Source: an uncultured Actinomycetota bacterium
GTDB lineage: Bacteria; Actinomycetota; UBA4738; HRBIN12
Assembly: GCA_963702405.1 (NCBI GenBank)
Contig: CAVPCM010000001.1
Coordinates: 121,320 to 185,319 of the forward strand
Length of the DNA stretch: 64,000 nt
Reading direction: 5' to 3'
Positions within the stretch are counted from its first letter, which is position 1; every line of letters begins with the position of its first letter. The notes under the pieces were generated by a model. That model was not told the DNA's origin. It ran no database searches and saw nothing but the letters and a program-made list of their open reading frames with translations. The position numbers and the translations under genes are program-made. Below, piece after piece: positions 61,671 through 64,000 of this stretch.

Positions 61671-63209
61671 TCAATGACCTGACGTGAGCACTGCCTCGAG
61701 TTTCGCGACCGCCTGGTCGATCGTGAAGCTCGCCGCCTTCTGCCGCGGCGGGAACTCCACGAACGTCGCGAGGAACTCCGCCATCAGGGTTGTCCCCGCC
61801 AGCACCAAGTAGGCGTTGTCGAGGATCCAGTCCCAGTACGTGTTCGAGGTGATGTCTGCCCGCTCGTACGGATCCGTGCGGAGGTTGAACAGCTTCGGGA
61901 TGCGCAACACCACGAACGGCTCGGCCCAGACCTGCAACGTGCCCTGGACCCGCTGCTCCATGAAGACGACCTTCCAGTTGTCGAAGCGCATCGCGAGCAC
62001 GTCGCCGTCGTCGGAGAAGTACACGAACCCCTGCCTGGGGCTCTTGTCGACCTCGCCGGTGAGGTACGGCAAAAGGTTGTAGCCGTCGATGTGGACCTTG
62101 AACGTCTTGTCGCCGGCTTCGTGGCCCTGCTTCAGCTTCTCAACGACGTCGGGGTCCCCCGCCGCCGCGAGGAACGTGGGCAACCAATCGTGGTGCTGGA
62201 CGATCTCGTTCGAGATGGTACCCGCGGGGATCGTCCCGGGCCAGCGGACGAGCTCCGGGACGCGGAAGGCACCTTCCCAGTTCGTGTTCTTCTCACCCCG
62301 GAACGGCGTCATCCCTCCATCCGGCCACGAGTTCATATGGGGCCCGTTGTCCGTCGAGTAGATGACGATCGTGTCCTCCGCGATCCCCAGCTCGTCCAGC
62401 TTGTCGAGCAGGGACCCGACGGCCTTGTCGTGATCGATCATCGTGTCGTGGTAGGGCGACTGCCATCGGCCTGCCTGGCCGACGCTCTCCGGCTTCGGGT
62501 GCGTCCGGAGATGCATGTGGGTGGTGTTGAACCAGATGAAGAACGGCGTCTCGGCCGCGTGCTGGCGTTCGATGAAGTCGACCGTGTGCTCGATCACCTC
62601 GTCGTCGATCGTCTCCATCCGCTTCTTGGTCAGCGGGCCGGTGTCCTCGACCCGCTGCCTGCCGACCTTGCCCCAGCGCGGCTCCTCCGTCGCGTCGTCC
62701 TCGTCGGTCGCCCACGAGTGCATCACGCCTCGAGGCCCGAAGCGCTCGCGGAAGTGTGGGAAATCCTCGGCAGGCGGATAGTCGGGGAGCTCGGGTTCCT
62801 CCTCCGCGTTCAGGTGATAGAGGTTGCCGAAGAACTCGTCGAACCCATGCACGGTGGGGAGGAACTTGTTGAGGTCGCCGAGGTGGTTCTTGCCGAACTG
62901 CCCCGTCGCGTAGCCGAGCGGCTTCAAGAGCTCCGCGATCGTCGGATCCTCCGCTTGCAAGCCGACCTCAGACCCGGGCATGCCGACCTTGCTGAGACCG
63001 GTCCGATAGACACTCTGGCCCGTGAGGAACGCTGCCCGCCCTGCGGTGCAGCTCTGCTCGCCGTAGGAGTCGGTGAAGCGCATCCCCTCGTCTGCGATGC
63101 GGTCGATGTTGGGTGTCCGGTAACCCATCAAACCTTCGCTGTAGCAGCTGAGGTTGCTTATGCCGATGTCGTCGCCCCATATCACGAGGATGTTCGGCTT
63201 ATCGGCCAT
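61671..63209 (-). CDS. Arylsulfatase, copy 2
   Basis: 'PNILVIWGDDIG', 'SCTAGRAAFLTG'; close paralog of 42004-43542. Confidence 0.9.
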   Translation of the reverse strand: MADKPNILVIWGDDIGISNLSCYSEGLMGYRTPNIDRIADEGMRFTDSYGEQSCTAGRAAFLTGQSVYRTGLSKVGMPGSEVGLQAEDPTIAELLKPLGYATGQFGKNHLGDLNKFLPTVHGFDEFFGNLYHLNAEEEPELPDYPPAEDFPHFRERFGPRGVMHSWATDEDDATEEPRWGKVGRQRVEDTGPLTKKRMETIDDEVIEHTVDFIERQHAAETPFFIWFNTTHMHLRTHPKPESVGQAGRWQSPYHDTMIDHDKAVGSLLDKLDELGIAEDTIVIYSTDNGPHMNSWPDGGMTPFRGEKNTNWEGAFRVPELVRWPGTIPAGTISNEIVQHHDWLPTFLAAAGDPDVVEKLKQGHEAGDKTFKVHIDGYNLLPYLTGEVDKSPRQGFVYFSDDGDVLAMRFDNWKVVFMEQRVQGTLQVWAEPFVVLRIPKLFNLRTDPYERADITSNTYWDWILDNAYLVLAGTTLMAEFLATFVEFPPRQKAASFTIDQAVAKLEAVLTSGH

Positions 63210-63260
63210 GACGATCCCCTCCCCTCGACGGAACCCTTCCATCGTGCCGCCGACCAGCCA

Positions 63261-63277
63261 TCACCCACTTGGGATGA
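63261..63277 (-). promoter_or_regulatory. Palindrome box TCACCC-ACTTG-GGATGA
   Basis: Perfect match upstream of sulfatase copy 2. Confidence 0.85.
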
Positions 63278-63584
63278 ATCGAGATTCTCAGCTCCCCACT
63301 TGGAGGGACGAACCCTGACCGACGAACGAGCGCGAGGACCGGAAAGTGGTCCGATCGGCCCAGTGGGCGCGGACGGTTCGCGAACGCCTCCGAATACCGG
63401 ATGCCTCGGGGTTCCTATTCTGCTAATCGGACACGCACACCGCGATGCTGATCCACGCGTCCTCGCACGGAGGCGAGGGGTCAGTCGCCTCGGAGCGGCG
63501 GCGCCGAACGCAGCGATCAGATCGCTCGAGCGGTCGAGGATCCCCGCGCTGCGTTCAGGCGCTCCGCGTCTGTCTTCCCGTGTC

Positions 63585-63950
63585 TCAGATCTCGACCAGG
63601 GCACGCGCCTTGAGCCGCTGGTACTCCTCGGCTGTGAGCTCGCCGGCGTCCCGGAGCTTCGCGAGCTTATCGAGCTCCTCGGCCGGCGAGTAGCCGGACA
63701 AGCGGCGCTGCGCTTCTTGCACCCGTGCGATGTCTTCGCGGTCCTGTTCGGTCATCTTCGGCCGCGCGATCATGTAGATCAGGGCGCCGAGGAAGGGCAG
63801 CACGAAGAGCAGCACGATCCAGCCGGTCTTCGCGACCCCCGAGAGATCACGCCGATGGAAGATATCGGCGAAGATCTGGATGAAGATCCAGATGGCCATG
63901 AACCAGAAGAAGAACGCGGCCATCGCCCACAACCACTCACCAAGGTTCAA
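63585..63950 (-). CDS. PLDc_N + SHOCT domain small membrane protein
   Basis: 'FADIFHRRDLSGVAKTGWIVLLFVLPFLGALIYMIAR', 'AEELDKLAKLRDAGELTAEEYQRLK'. Confidence 0.85.
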   Translation of the reverse strand: MNLGEWLWAMAAFFFWFMAIWIFIQIFADIFHRRDLSGVAKTGWIVLLFVLPFLGALIYMIARPKMTEQDREDIARVQEAQRRLSGYSPAEELDKLAKLRDAGELTAEEYQRLKARALVEI

Positions 63951-64000
63951 CAGATTCCCCTCTCGTCATCGTGCGAACGGGCGGCATCGAACCACGGAAC

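Larger units (their letters stand above)
60751..63279 (-). repeat. Diverged direct duplicate of 41086-43611 (box + sulfatase + HAD)
   Basis: Colinear, highly similar proteins, many synonymous differences, and the same upstream CCATCACCCACTTGGGATGAAT. Confidence 0.9.

Noticed and set aside
11969..63277. Palindrome copies as CRISPR repeats, REP/MITE elements or terminators
   Set aside because: Irregular kb-scale spacing, only 6-bp arms with a variable spacer, no U-tract, no target duplications, and a consistent position upstream of starts.
63280..63584. GC-rich intergenic stretches (also 22100-22490 and 37000-37200) as possible ncRNA or riboswitch
   Set aside because: No recognisable conserved RNA motif by eye; an Rfam/Infernal search would be needed.

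Overview
High-GC bacterial DNA with an Actinomycetota-like gene repertoire (the taxon is inferred). Many genes, including sufB and sufD, carry single-base frameshifts that look like long-read consensus errors. Bases 1-11.5 kb are housekeeping-type: GNAT, DUF2207, a Ca2+/H+ antiporter, a SUF Fe-S operon interrupted by a YihY gene, and a cation:H+ antiporter. From about 11.6 kb to the end is a ~52 kb accessory island. It holds membrane proteins, ion transporters, small DUF6325/SHOCT/PLDc_N/DUF7144-type proteins, three sulfatases plus FGE, two HAD phosphatases, polyphosphate-related enzymes (PPK2, CYTH, CYTH-Ppx), membrane kinase/PAP2 fusions, an arginine deiminase operon and one MalT-type ATPase-LuxR regulator. 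The main unexplained signal is a 17-bp palindrome, TCAYCC-N5-GGRTGA. By eye I find 12 perfect and about 10 imperfect copies, nearly all intergenic and upstream of island transcription units. Many are followed 28-29 nt later by the last T of a -10-like hexamer. This points to an island-wide activator regulon, probably read by the MalT-like protein, since the half-site matches the MalT-box core GGA(T/G)GA. No rRNA, tRNA, CRISPR array or transposase was recognised. Family names are from recognition of the translations, not from database searches.
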